A stretch of DNA of 64,000 bases, taken from the NCBI GenBank assembly GCA_045863335.1, contig BTVY01000027.1, forward strand, positions 1 to 64,000, read 5' to 3'. The stretch is from Candidatus Hydrogenedentota bacterium (GTDB lineage Bacteria; Hydrogenedentota; Hydrogenedentia; Hydrogenedentales; SLHB01). The notes beneath the pieces were generated by a model, which saw only the letters and a program-made list of their open reading frames with translations, had not been told where the DNA came from and made no database searches. The position numbers and the translations under genes were made by a program. Shown one piece after another: positions 29,967 through 39,704 of the stretch (positions are counted from its first letter, which is position 1; each line of letters starts with the position of its first letter).

Positions 29967-32005
29967 AGTGTTCTCCCGTTCCCCGAACTGTCCTATACGC
30001 CCTATCGGTCCTATACGTCCTATCGACTGGTCCCGCTATCGCAGTCGCGGCTCCCCCCACCAGCGGCGAGGCCCTGCGCGTGGGCGCCGATTCCATCGGT
30101 CCCCTCGAAGCCAATAAACTCAACAATCTCCCCGCCGGTGTAGCAAACGTGTTTGGTCGCGAAATGCCCGCTCTCTTCGTCATTGGCGGGAGCCGCTTCT
30201 ATCCCGAGCTGGTCGTGTTTCCCTGGCGCGAATGGGGTCCGGCGGGCGTCCCCGTTTTTGACCCGCCGAAGGCCGTCGCGTTGCCGGAATTCATCACCTA
30301 CGGCGTGCAAGGCACGATCTTCGAGCTCGGCGATCACGTGTACGCGTTGTGGATCGTGGACGGATCTGTGGTGCAACTCGAACTCGATAAGAACGCGCTC
30401 ACTTTCAAGGAGATTGCCCGTATACCGTTGCCAGACCTACCGCGCGCGCCCCGGACTGTGGGTTGGATGCCCGACTCTGAAGGGGACGGGTTTCGCCTGT
30501 TTTTCGAAGTCAACGACGGCACCGGTTACGGTCCGCCCATGGACGGATTCAACTCCTCGCGTGACCCGCGATACGACCCCTACGACGGCGCGGGGATCTG
30601 GCGCGGGAGAATGTCCTATGCGGGGTTGTATACCACCCATCACGCGGGCCTATTGGAAGCTCCGCAAGCCGCGCCGGTGCTTGCGAGCCCCTCGGAGAGC
30701 GAAGTTCTGCGAAGCTACGAGGGACTTACGAGTGTGGAACTCGAATCGGGAACGCGAGGCGTAATCGGCGGGTCTCGTTTCGGTCCGCTTCATTACTACG
30801 CGCTCGCTTCCGAAAATGAGCGCGTACTCGAGCCGTTCCGGTATCTTGCCGGTGAGGACGGCATTATTCTGCGGCATCCCACGATCCGTGCCACGCCCGT
30901 TGCCTATCCCGACGCGAGTGGCAAGCGCTGCAACGTGCTGGTCGGCGGTGAAGGCGCTCTCTACTTCTACAAGTTCCTCGGTCGATTTACGGAATCCGGG
31001 CAGCCGGTCTACGCCGAGCCCGTGCCGGTGCTGCAACATGATGCGTATCTCTATGGCGGAACCTTGCCGGTGCCCACCGTTGTCGATTGGGATGGAGACG
31101 GCGCGCTGGATATTGTCTCCGGAAACTCCGAGGGATTCGTCCTCTTCTTCAAGAACAAAGGCGACAACGATTCGCCCGCGTTTGGAACCGGCGTTCCCTT
31201 GGCGGCGGGCGGTGAGACCATCTACGTGCAGGCCGGGTACGACGGAAGCATCCAGGGACCCGACGAGGCGCGCTGGGGCTACGTATGTCCCACGGTCGCC
31301 GATTGGAACGGCGACGGTCTCCTTGACCTACTCATGAGCGACGCCACGGCCCAGCATCACGTGTACCTCAACGAGGGCAGCGCCACCAAACCCCGGCTTG
31401 CCGCCGCGCACCCGATTTACCTCGACGGCCTGGAACTGCACGGCACCTGGCGCGTGAAGCCGGCAGTCGGCAAGGTCGCCGATCGCATGGCATACGCGAT
31501 CCTCGATACGGACGACGAATTTCACCTCTACTGGCAACTGGACGCCTATAACGTAACGGATGGCGGAAAGCTACGCCTCGATACCGGAGAGGTTATCGGC
31601 GCGAACTTCCTGAAGGCGGGCGGCACGGGCCGCATCAAGATTTCGTTCGCCGACTGGGATGAGGACGGCCGCACGGACCTCCTCATTGGCACCCCGCGTC
31701 ACGCGTCGATTCCAAATCCGGAGAAGGGACTGCCGCAGGCGTTAGGGCTTCCGGGCTCGGGCGTGCTCTTGTTGCGCAACACCGGCACCGATGCCGAACC
31801 ACGGTTTGCCTATCCAGAAGTTCTGCATTTCCGCGACGAGCCGATCTTCTTTGGTCAACACGCCTGCGGTCCCACGCTTGCGGCTTTTGGGGATGGTGAA
31901 CAACCGGGCATCCTCGTCGGCATCGAGACGGGGCGCTTCCTGTTCTTCGATCGGAAAGACGTGACCTTTGCCCCGGTCGAAGTACCGAAGTCCGTGGCAC
32001 GGTAG
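29963..32005 (+). CDS. Secreted FG-GAP/VCBS repeat protein
   Basis: DWDGDGALDIV, DWNGDGLLDLL, DWDEDGRTDLL repeats; ATG overlaps the GH38 stop. Confidence 0.82.
   Translation: MKCSPVPRTVLYALSVLYVLSTGPAIAVAAPPTSGEALRVGADSIGPLEANKLNNLPAGVANVFGREMPALFVIGGSRFYPELVVFPWREWGPAGVPVFDPPKAVALPEFITYGVQGTIFELGDHVYALWIVDGSVVQLELDKNALTFKEIARIPLPDLPRAPRTVGWMPDSEGDGFRLFFEVNDGTGYGPPMDGFNSSRDPRYDPYDGAGIWRGRMSYAGLYTTHHAGLLEAPQAAPVLASPSESEVLRSYEGLTSVELESGTRGVIGGSRFGPLHYYALASENERVLEPFRYLAGEDGIILRHPTIRATPVAYPDASGKRCNVLVGGEGALYFYKFLGRFTESGQPVYAEPVPVLQHDAYLYGGTLPVPTVVDWDGDGALDIVSGNSEGFVLFFKNKGDNDSPAFGTGVPLAAGGETIYVQAGYDGSIQGPDEARWGYVCPTVADWNGDGLLDLLMSDATAQHHVYLNEGSATKPRLAAAHPIYLDGLELHGTWRVKPAVGKVADRMAYAILDTDDEFHLYWQLDAYNVTDGGKLRLDTGEVIGANFLKAGGTGRIKISFADWDEDGRTDLLIGTPRHASIPNPEKGLPQALGLPGSGVLLLRNTGTDAEPRFAYPEVLHFRDEPIFFGQHACGPTLAAFGDGEQPGILVGIETGRFLFFDRKDVTFAPVEVPKSVAR
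29990..30025. repeat. Nonamer tandem repeat (GTCCTATAC/GTCCTATCG)x4 inside signal-peptide coding sequence
   Basis: Reverse-complement family of the 22471 repeat; encodes VLYALSVLYVLS in frame. Confidence 0.75.
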
Positions 32006-32017
32006 TCTTTCGGTTCG

Positions 32018-32046
32018 TTGATTGGTCTGACATCGCCACTTATACT
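32018..32046 (+). promoter_or_regulatory. sigma70 promoter, probably leaderless, for the GT2-deacetylase operon
   Basis: TTGATT (32018-32023), 17 bp, TATACT (32041-32046); ATG at 32052. Confidence 0.55.
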
Positions 32047-32051
32047 CCGCC

Positions 32052-32939
32052 ATGATGAATGCCGCGAAACCCGAGACAATGGCCCCGCGTGTGACGGTCA
32101 TCATCCCATCCTGGGACGGACACCGGAACGGTTGCGTCCCACGCCTCCTGGAGAGCGTCGAGAAACAAACGTTCACGGACTACGAAGTGCGCCTGGTGAA
32201 AGGCGTGTCCCCACAGGGGAAGGCCATCAACCAGGGCGCTGCCGAGGCCCGCGGCGAGATTCTCATCATTCTCGACGACGACAGCCGTCTCGCCGATGAC
32301 ACCGTGTTCGACACCTTGGTGCGCGTGCTCGATGACGATCCCTCGGTAGGCATGGCGGGCGCGAGCATCGTGTTGCCGCCCGAGTCCAACGCCTTTCAAC
32401 GGCGCGCGGCGTTGCAGTTTCCAAGGTTCAACACCCCCGTCGTCGGCGCCGTTACGGACAGCGATCTCGCCTGCCACGGGTGCTGCGCTATGCGCGCGGA
32501 GATCTTTCACGCCGTGGGCCGCGAGCGCGAAGACATCATCCGAGGACTCGACCCTGATTTGCGCGTTCGTCTTCGTCGTGCAGGGTATCGCGTCGTGCTC
32601 GCGCCGAACGCGCGAATCTACCATCCGTTGCCGGAGAACTGGCGCAAACTCCTGCGAATGTTTTTCCGAAACGGATTCGGCTCGGCCTACGCGCAGAAGT
32701 TTCAGCCGGACAGCGTATACGAAACCCACGAGGAACTAAGCGACCAGTCCTTTCAACCGCGCACTTCGCTCGCCTTTCGCGTCCTGCGCTTTCCCATACG
32801 CCTGGTCCGCGCGGTGTTCTCCGGCCAGTTTCTGCGCTTTGGCGCATACATGGCCTACGGAGCCGGTTACGTCTGGGGCTACTTCACCGCGCGCGAAGAT
32901 GCGGTTGGGCGCGGCGTGACGAGCGCGAACCAATCATGA
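32052..32939 (+). CDS. Glycosyltransferase family 2
   Basis: VTVIIPS, NQGAAEARGEILIILDDD, D.DLRVRLRRAGYRV. Confidence 0.9.
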   Translation: MMNAAKPETMAPRVTVIIPSWDGHRNGCVPRLLESVEKQTFTDYEVRLVKGVSPQGKAINQGAAEARGEILIILDDDSRLADDTVFDTLVRVLDDDPSVGMAGASIVLPPESNAFQRRAALQFPRFNTPVVGAVTDSDLACHGCCAMRAEIFHAVGREREDIIRGLDPDLRVRLRRAGYRVVLAPNARIYHPLPENWRKLLRMFFRNGFGSAYAQKFQPDSVYETHEELSDQSFQPRTSLAFRVLRFPIRLVRAVFSGQFLRFGAYMAYGAGYVWGYFTAREDAVGRGVTSANQS

Positions 32940-33763
32940 GCACGCGAAGCAAGGGAATCATCAAGTGCGCGGTGAAGAATCTGGCGAGCGCAGCGGGGAC
33001 CGTGATTCCGGCCGCGTCCGGCTCGCGCATTCTCATGTACCACAGCGTGGGCCGTCGCGATCATGAGATGAACGTCAGGCCGGAAGACTTTCGCAAGCAG
33101 ATGGCGTGGTTGGCGGACCATGGCACGCCGATCCCGCTCCGCGATGCGATGGACGGCCGCCCCGGAGTGGCGGTCACGTTTGACGACGGTTATCTCGACA
33201 ACCTGACGGAGGCGGCGCCGGTTCTGAACGAGTTTGGAATCCCCGCTACCGTGTACGTGGTCGCGGGCCGTTTGGGCGGATTTCTGGATCATGATGCGCC
33301 AGAAGAAGCCGCGCGGCTAATGACCTGGGACCAAGTGCGAGAACTGGAGTCCATGGGGATTACCATCGGCGCGCACACGCTGACCCATGCGCGCCTGTCG
33401 AAGTGCTCAGAATCCGAGCAGCGCGATGAAATCGTCGGGTGTGCCCGGTTGATGGAAGACCAATTGCAGCACTCCATCGAATCGTTCGCGTACCCCTTCG
33501 GCACGTCGGCCGACTTCAACGAATGCTCGCGCGTCTTGGTCCGTGAAGGGGGATTCCGCTGCGCATGTTCGGCGCGCTACGGCGTAAACGTCCCGGGTCG
33601 TGTCGATCCATGGGCACTGCGCCGGATCTGGATCGACCGTACGGACTCGATGGCGGTGTTTCGCCGCAAAGTGCTCGGACGTTTGGATTTGCTGAACGTG
33701 CTGGACAGCGCGCCCGCTCTGCAACTCCGCAATCTTCTCAATAGGGTTTCGCGAGAGGCGTAA
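32936..33763 (+). CDS. Polysaccharide deacetylase (CE4)
   Basis: ILMYHSV, VTFDDGY, GAHTLTH, FAYPFG. Confidence 0.92.
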   Translation: MSTRSKGIIKCAVKNLASAAGTVIPAASGSRILMYHSVGRRDHEMNVRPEDFRKQMAWLADHGTPIPLRDAMDGRPGVAVTFDDGYLDNLTEAAPVLNEFGIPATVYVVAGRLGGFLDHDAPEEAARLMTWDQVRELESMGITIGAHTLTHARLSKCSESEQRDEIVGCARLMEDQLQHSIESFAYPFGTSADFNECSRVLVREGGFRCACSARYGVNVPGRVDPWALRRIWIDRTDSMAVFRRKVLGRLDLLNVLDSAPALQLRNLLNRVSREA

Positions 33764-33824
33764 AAGAAGTTCATCGCCAACGAGTGGTGACCTTTGGCCT
33801 GTCAAACGGCGACGTATTGTGATT

Positions 33825-33973
33825 AAAGACCCCCTCCCCAGCCCTCCCCGTGGACGGGGAGGGAGCAAGATCCCCGCGCCTCGGAATGGCCATATGTCCT
33901 CTAGTTCATTCATTGCTACAAAGAGAGCGTAGGTTCTCCCCCCGTCCACGGGGGGAGCTAGAGGGGGGTCTTT
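33825..33973. repeat. Inverted pair of REP-like repeats (second REPIN-like family)
   Basis: 33825-33864 (..CCTCCCCGTGGACGGGGAGG) and 33935-33973 (TCCCCCCGTCCACGGGGGGAG..GGGGTCTTT) are imperfect reverse complements, each self-palindromic. Confidence 0.8.
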
Positions 33974-34051
33974 CCAGTTCTGCATTTTGACACAAGATCC
34001 AACGACGGAATGGACCAACACGATCAGTCCCTGGGAATTGAAGTTGAACCT

Positions 34052-34162
34052 GGAAAAAGGAGGCCGGCGCGCGGGCTGGGGTATGGGGTAGAGGGGTGTT
34101 CCCGCGCGCCGGGGACAAGAAGAGGGCGGTAGGGGGACGCCCTCCTCCGTTGTTGCACATGG
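34052..34162 (-). ncRNA. Candidate small RNA with two C-rich-loop hairpins
   Basis: Minus strand: -10 TAGAAT (34168-34173), 7-bp hairpin with loop TCCCCCTAC, 12-bp GC hairpin with C-rich loop, then CCTCCTTTTT. Confidence 0.4.
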
Positions 34163-34378
34163 CACCGATTCTATTGAGATAACGAACGGAAGGCGGTGGC
34201 GGTTGACGGTGGGACCCTTGCCCGGCTCCGTTGACCCCGCGCCGAGTTTACGCGCTCGTTGCTACTACTATCCCCGTTATGCGCATGAAGTTGCCTGCCC
34301 CGTGGCCTCGATGGCTTCCCGGAAGAGGACAATCCGCGTATCTGGTTACTTTTTCTAGTCTTAGGCCTGCTGGCTCCC

Positions 34379-34407
34379 TTGCGGACGTGCATAGGCCGTG
34401 CTATACT
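34379..34407 (+). promoter_or_regulatory. Putative sigma70 promoter of the fliM operon
   Basis: TTGCGG (34379-34384), 17 bp, TATACT (34402-34407) with extended TG. Confidence 0.6.
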
Positions 34408-34444
34408 CGCGCCACTGGGATCAATGGGTTGGAGCTGTCGCGCA

Positions 34445-35431
34445 ATGGCGGATATTCTAAGTCAGGACGAAGTAGACCTCCTCCTGAGCGCCGTCTCCAA
34501 GGGCGAGGTGGAAGTTCCGGACGACGTCGAAGAGCGTGCCGACACCCGGGATATGATGCACTATGACTTCCGCCGTCCCGAACGTGTTTCCAAAGAACAG
34601 CTTAAGGGGCTTCAAAGCCTTTTCGAAGCCTTCGCGCGCGAATTGAGTATCGCCTTGCCGCCTTTCTTGCGGACCGTGGTCCGGGTTGACCTCGTTTCCA
34701 TCGATCAGCTCACTTACGACGAGTTCATACTCTCTGTGTCCCGGCCCACGTCCATGTCGGTTATCAACATGGCGCCCCTTGAAGGCAATGCGGTGATCGA
34801 CCTGAGCCCCACGATCGTGTTTCCCGTGGTGGACCGCATCCTTGGCGGCAAGGGTGTGGGCATGAGCAAGCCCCGGGAACTGACCGAAATCGAAAACCGC
34901 ATCGTCCATCGCATCATGCTGATGATCCTGGAGAGTCTGAAGCGGTCCTGGGAGCAACTCATCGAATTCAAACTGAGTGTGGTGCACCAGGAAAGCGATC
35001 CCCTGATTGTGCAAATTGTGGCGGGGAGCGAAATGGTGATCCTGGTCGCCTACGAAATCCACATCGTCGAGACCGTTGGCTCCATGAACATGTGCATCCC
35101 GTTGATGGTGTTGAATCCGATCCTGGATCAGATCTCGCAGCAGACGCGATTCATCCGCCGCATGACGCGGGAAATGGCGGAGAAGACGCGCACGCAGATT
35201 CTCCGGGCGATTCGCCGCGCCCAGGTTCCCGTGGATCCGATTCTCGGGCGCGCGCAACTGCCCCTCGAAGACATCATCAATCTCCAGGTTGGGGATATCG
35301 TGCAGTTGGATTCCGATGTGAAATCGCCGATCAGCGTTGAGGTCGGGGGAATTCCGCGCTTCAAGGCCCATTGCGGCAAGCGCGGGGAACTGAGCGCAAT
35401 TCAGCTTCACACGCCGACGCGTGACGACTAA
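34445..35431 (+). CDS. fliM: Flagellar motor switch protein FliM
   Basis: MADILSQDEVDLLL CheY-binding peptide, YDFRRPERVSKEQL, VDRILGG.G, RELTEIE, SpoA-like C terminus. Confidence 0.96.
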   Translation: MADILSQDEVDLLLSAVSKGEVEVPDDVEERADTRDMMHYDFRRPERVSKEQLKGLQSLFEAFARELSIALPPFLRTVVRVDLVSIDQLTYDEFILSVSRPTSMSVINMAPLEGNAVIDLSPTIVFPVVDRILGGKGVGMSKPRELTEIENRIVHRIMLMILESLKRSWEQLIEFKLSVVHQESDPLIVQIVAGSEMVILVAYEIHIVETVGSMNMCIPLMVLNPILDQISQQTRFIRRMTREMAEKTRTQILRAIRRAQVPVDPILGRAQLPLEDIINLQVGDIVQLDSDVKSPISVEVGGIPRFKAHCGKRGELSAIQLHTPTRDD

Positions 35432-35445
35432 GAACCGGGGCTTTC

Positions 35446-36408
35446 ATGAACGCAGCCGCCGCTGAAACTTTCGCTCGCGGATACCTGGCAGGCTTTTTTG
35501 ATGTCGTGTCGGCGCTGACCGGAGGCGCCGCGGCCGCGACTCCGGATTCGCCTGCGCCCCTGACGCAACCGGATTGGACGAAGACCGCCGCCGCGTGCGC
35601 CATGACGCTTCGGACTCCCATAAAAGATGGCGGCACGATCGCGGTGCTGCTGCCGGGGGAAACCGCCGCACAGATCTATGCGGCCGCAATGGGTGACGAT
35701 TCGATCAATGCCGATCAAATCGGCAGCGCGGACCAGGCATCGTTGCGCGAAGTGTTTGAGCCGTGCCTGGGCAGCGGGGTCAGCCACTTCAAGGAGAAGT
35801 ATGGTGTCGTACTCGAAATCGCTTCCCTGGAATTGGCGATTGGTCCTGGCGACGCGGCCGCGCTGAAGGATGCGCTGGGTCAAGACGCGTGCGCGGTTGC
35901 TTTTGCAGCAACGGTGGGATCATCCCCGCCACGTCGCGGAGTGTTGCTGTTTTCGGCTCGTTTTGAGACCATTGTCCCGGCGAAAGCGGCAGCGACCAGC
36001 ACGGCCGATACAGGAGGTACAGGCGTGGGAGAATCCCTGAACCCAGAAGACGTGAACGAAATCTTGCGAGCAAACCCCGAAGAATTGGATGTCGAGCCTC
36101 CGGGCAGAGCCAAACCCGTCGCGGACAAGGCGTCCACGGAATCGCTGGCTCGCAATCTCGACATGGTACTCGACATTCGCCTGGTGGCGACGGCGCGCTT
36201 GGGCCGAGTGGAGATGCCTATCAGCGAGATTCTGTCCCTCGGCCCGGGTTCTATCATCGAGGTGGGGCACTTGGTGGACGAGCCGGTCGAACTTCTGGTG
36301 AACGATAAACTCATTGCGCGGGGCGATGTGGTCGTGGTTGACGAAAAATTCGGGCTTCGCATTACCGAGATCGTCAGCCCCCGCGAGCGAATTGAAAGCC
36401 TCCGGTAG
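35446..36408 (+). CDS. fliN: Flagellar motor switch protein FliN (long, FliY-like)
   Basis: C-terminal NLDMVLDI...LGPGSIIE...ARGDVVVVDEKFGLRITEI; degenerate CheC-like N-terminal domain. Confidence 0.9.
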   Translation: MNAAAAETFARGYLAGFFDVVSALTGGAAAATPDSPAPLTQPDWTKTAAACAMTLRTPIKDGGTIAVLLPGETAAQIYAAAMGDDSINADQIGSADQASLREVFEPCLGSGVSHFKEKYGVVLEIASLELAIGPGDAAALKDALGQDACAVAFAATVGSSPPRRGVLLFSARFETIVPAKAAATSTADTGGTGVGESLNPEDVNEILRANPEELDVEPPGRAKPVADKASTESLARNLDMVLDIRLVATARLGRVEMPISEILSLGPGSIIEVGHLVDEPVELLVNDKLIARGDVVVVDEKFGLRITEIVSPRERIESLR

Positions 36409-36435
36409 TGGCCCCCTTCATGGATTTGCGACACG

Positions 36436-37188
36436 ATGGCGGATGAAAAGGCACTCTGGTCTCGATGGAAGGAACGAGGCGACCTTGAAGCCCGCGAGGC
36501 GCTGATCGTCCGGCACATGAAAATCGTCAAATACGTGGCGGGCCGGATGGCCATCCACGTGCCCTCCAGCATCGACATGGACGATCTGGTCGGCTGGGGC
36601 GTGCTGGGCCTCATGGACGCCGTCGAGAAGTACGATCACACCCAGGACATCAAGTTCACGACGTATGCGTCCATCCGCGTTCGTGGCGCGATTCTCGATC
36701 AAATCCGATCCCTTGACTGGGCCCCGCGATCTCTGCGGGCCATGGCGCGTAAGGTCGCCAATGCGCGCGACCAGTTGCGCCAGGAGCAGGGCCGGGAACC
36801 GACCAACGAGTCCATCGCCGAACGCCTGGGCACTACGGAAGACCAGGTCGACGATACCGTCTACCAGCTCCAGACCGCGCAAATTCTTTCGTTGCAAGAC
36901 TATATCCCGGCCGGAGACGATGGGGAGTCCCGCAAGCTCGACGTTACGGTGGATGAACGGGCGGTGAATCCGAACACCGGACTCCTCGATAAGGAGAAGC
37001 AGGATCACATCGCGAATGCCATCCTCCAGTTACCGGATCAGCAACAAAAAGTGTTAAACTTGTATTACTTTGAAGAGTTGACGCTGAAGGAAATCGGCGC
37101 CGTTCTTGAAGTCTCGGAATCGCGCGTGTGTCAAATCCACAGCGCGGCCATGAAAACCCTTCGCAAGGCCGTGCGAGGAGGTGGCTGA
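36436..37188 (+). CDS. fliA: RNA polymerase sigma-28 factor FliA/WhiG
   Basis: DDLVGWGVLGLMDAVEKYD, YASIRVRGAILD.IRSLDWAPRS, LYYFEELTLKEIGAVLEVSESRVCQIH. Confidence 0.96.
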   Translation: MADEKALWSRWKERGDLEAREALIVRHMKIVKYVAGRMAIHVPSSIDMDDLVGWGVLGLMDAVEKYDHTQDIKFTTYASIRVRGAILDQIRSLDWAPRSLRAMARKVANARDQLRQEQGREPTNESIAERLGTTEDQVDDTVYQLQTAQILSLQDYIPAGDDGESRKLDVTVDERAVNPNTGLLDKEKQDHIANAILQLPDQQQKVLNLYYFEELTLKEIGAVLEVSESRVCQIHSAAMKTLRKAVRGGG

Positions 37189-37526
37189 TGCCGCAGCCCG
37201 TCGATCTGCAGACCGAAATTGCCCGCATCACGGCGGCCGAACGCATCCAGCAGGCCGCCGACCGCGCGTCCCTTGCCGCGCAGCAGCGCGGCGCCGCGGA
37301 AATCGAGGAAACCCGTGTCGCCGTCGAGACCCAGGTGCAGCAGACGGACGAGACCGCCAATGAACGGGTAGACGAGAAGGGCCGGCGCAGAAATCCCTTT
37401 GTGGGCAGGCGGCGCAAGAAGGGGCAGCAAGGGGACGCCGAATCGCCCCACGCGAAAACGAAGGCGGGTGACCTTCGCGTGATTCCGGAGGGGACCGAGG
37501 AACACAAGCTGGATATCACGATTTAG
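37188..37526 (+). CDS. Flagellar-cluster-associated hypothetical protein
   Basis: ATG overlaps the fliA stop (TGATG) with RBS GGAGG; PVDLQ start and LDITI end. Confidence 0.75.
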   Translation: MPQPVDLQTEIARITAAERIQQAADRASLAAQQRGAAEIEETRVAVETQVQQTDETANERVDEKGRRRNPFVGRRRKKGQQGDAESPHAKTKAGDLRVIPEGTEEHKLDITI

Positions 37527-37603
37527 CTTGTGGCTGGTGTAGAGTCCCATGGTGCAGCGACTTGAGCCGCCGGTGCGGCGGCTTGTGCAATCGTCGAGTG
37601 ATC

Positions 37604-38476
37604 ATGTTGGAAAACCTGCAAGATAGCCTTTTCGCAGCCGGTGTGCTGGTTTTGTTTGGCGCGCTCATCTTGCTGTTCATGTACATCTTCCGGCGCGAAT
37701 ACGTCCACCGGTCCTCGAGTCTGAAACAATCGCGCGATGACCTCGCCAACATGATGATTCTCCTTCAGACCATGCGGGACCTGCTCGATCAACAGAAACT
37801 TCTCGCGCGTCAGCTCAACGCCAGTCTCGACAAGAAAGTCACCTTCATTCGGGAAAGCGTGGATTCCGCGATGAAGGATCTGGAGGAACTGCGGGCCGGA
37901 ATCAAGCAGGCGGCGGCCGCGCAAGCGCAACGCGCTCAGGAGACCAATGGACGGAAGGAGGAGTCTCAAGGTCCCAACGGCCACGACTCCCGGACGCACG
38001 AGCCACCGCGCAAAACTCCCCATCTGACCGTGGTCGAACGCGGGAAGGACGAGGAGCGGGAAGAGCGCCCATCGTTGCAGTTGCTCGCGCTGCCCAAAGC
38101 GCCTCCGGGAGATGAGGATATCATCGAGTCTTGGGTGGGGCTGGACTTTGGCGGCGATGAACCGGATCCCTTTGCATTCGAGGTGCCGGAGACTCCCCCC
38201 GAAGCGCCGGAAGACGCGGAGGCGGCGCGCGAAGCGTTTCGCGCCTTGCTCAACCTGGAGCCGCAACCCGCGGTCAAGGCGCAAGCCATCACCGGCAGCG
38301 CGACCCACCATGCGGTAAGTGCCGGCGGTAACGGCAGGAACCTGTCGCCGCTTCATTCCCGCGTGTACGAATACAACGACGCGGGCATGACCGTCGCGCA
38401 GATCGCGCAGGAAATTGGCATCGGCAAGGGGGAAGTACGGCTGATCTTGAGCCTGCGCAAGAACAGGAGCGACTGA
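37604..38476 (+). CDS. Membrane-anchored coiled-coil protein with C-terminal HTH (DUF6115-like)
   Basis: N-terminal TM, coiled coil, VYEYNDAGMTVAQIAQEIGIGKGEVRLILSL. Confidence 0.75.
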   Translation: MLENLQDSLFAAGVLVLFGALILLFMYIFRREYVHRSSSLKQSRDDLANMMILLQTMRDLLDQQKLLARQLNASLDKKVTFIRESVDSAMKDLEELRAGIKQAAAAQAQRAQETNGRKEESQGPNGHDSRTHEPPRKTPHLTVVERGKDEEREERPSLQLLALPKAPPGDEDIIESWVGLDFGGDEPDPFAFEVPETPPEAPEDAEAAREAFRALLNLEPQPAVKAQAITGSATHHAVSAGGNGRNLSPLHSRVYEYNDAGMTVAQIAQEIGIGKGEVRLILSLRKNRSD

Positions 38477-38477
38477 G

Positions 38478-39704
38478 TTGGCCGGTCTCGGCGGTGTCAG
38501 CCCGATTACGTTCTCCGTGTACGCGCAGTCCGCGGTGATCTCCGCGCTCCGGCCGGGTCAAGTGGCCGAGGGCACCGTGCAGGCCAATGAGAAGGGCCTG
38601 TTGCTTCGCATTGGCAACCTCGACATTCCCATTGAACCCGTATCCGGGATTCAACCCGGCAGCCGCGTCTCGGTCGAGTTGGTGCGAACCAATGAAGGCC
38701 CACAACTCCGCGTCACGACGGTACCGACCCCGCCCGCGACAACCAGTTCTGCCCCGGCATCGACAACGGCGCCTCCGCAATTGCCGGCAGTTCTTACCAG
38801 CGTACTGGAATCCCTGAATCGGCTCGACGTGATCCGGCAAGCGGTTCATCTGTTGCCCCGCGATCTTCCCCACAATGAAAACGCCATACGGCAAGTGCTC
38901 TCGCTCTACCTCGCCCGCGGGCAGGTCGGACGGGACCTGGCACAAATTACGCAATTGGTCCGGCAAGCCGTGGACGCCGGCGTGATTGTGGAACGCGATA
39001 TCTCCGCCGTCGCCGCGTTTCTCCGGTTGGCTTCGTCCGAAGGCGGGGACGACGCGCTCGCGTTGTTGCGCCGCTCCACGGAACAATCCGGGAAGCCGCT
39101 TGAAGCGCGCCTCGCTGCGGCCGTTGCCGCGGGAAAGGTCGATGCGCTGCTTGCCGAGTTGGACCAGGATGTGGCGGTACAGTTGCACCGCCTGCGGGCG
39201 ACCGACGCGCTCCGCACGTTTCTGCGCCGGGCCGGGCGGCTCGCGGACTTCGACAACGCTGTCGATCGGACAATCGACCGCTTTTCCGCAGGCCATTTGC
39301 AGAACCTTCGTGCCGCGGAGATGCCGTACCATTTTCTCGAGGTGCCTTTCGATCCGAACGCCATGAACGCGCAGGCGCAAATCCACATCTTCGGCGAGGG
39401 TGGTGGAAAAGGGAAAGCGTTTGACCCCGACAATTCCACGGTGGTCATCGATCTCGCAACAACCAATCTCGGCGACCTGTGGATATCGCTGAACATGACC
39501 CGGGGCGCGTGCCAGTGTTGGATCCGCGCCACGGACGTCGATGTCGTGCGCGCCGTGGAAGAGACCGCCGGCGAGCTTGCCGGAAGGCTTGAGGCGAGCG
39601 GATACCCCGGTGCACAGGTTCATGCCACGTTGTGGGATGGAAATCGCATCAAAGAGGCGGCAAATCTACTGCGCCGGTTTGAAGGGATCAGTCTGGAAGC
39701 ATGA
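38478..39704 (+). CDS. FliK-like flagellar hook-length control protein
   Basis: LRPGQVAEGTV N terminus; C-terminal VVIDLATTNLGDLWISL...LAGRLEASGY T3S4-like fold; directly precedes the FlhB-like gene. Confidence 0.65.
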   Translation: MAGLGGVSPITFSVYAQSAVISALRPGQVAEGTVQANEKGLLLRIGNLDIPIEPVSGIQPGSRVSVELVRTNEGPQLRVTTVPTPPATTSSAPASTTAPPQLPAVLTSVLESLNRLDVIRQAVHLLPRDLPHNENAIRQVLSLYLARGQVGRDLAQITQLVRQAVDAGVIVERDISAVAAFLRLASSEGGDDALALLRRSTEQSGKPLEARLAAAVAAGKVDALLAELDQDVAVQLHRLRATDALRTFLRRAGRLADFDNAVDRTIDRFSAGHLQNLRAAEMPYHFLEVPFDPNAMNAQAQIHIFGEGGGKGKAFDPDNSTVVIDLATTNLGDLWISLNMTRGACQCWIRATDVDVVRAVEETAGELAGRLEASGYPGAQVHATLWDGNRIKEAANLLRRFEGISLEA

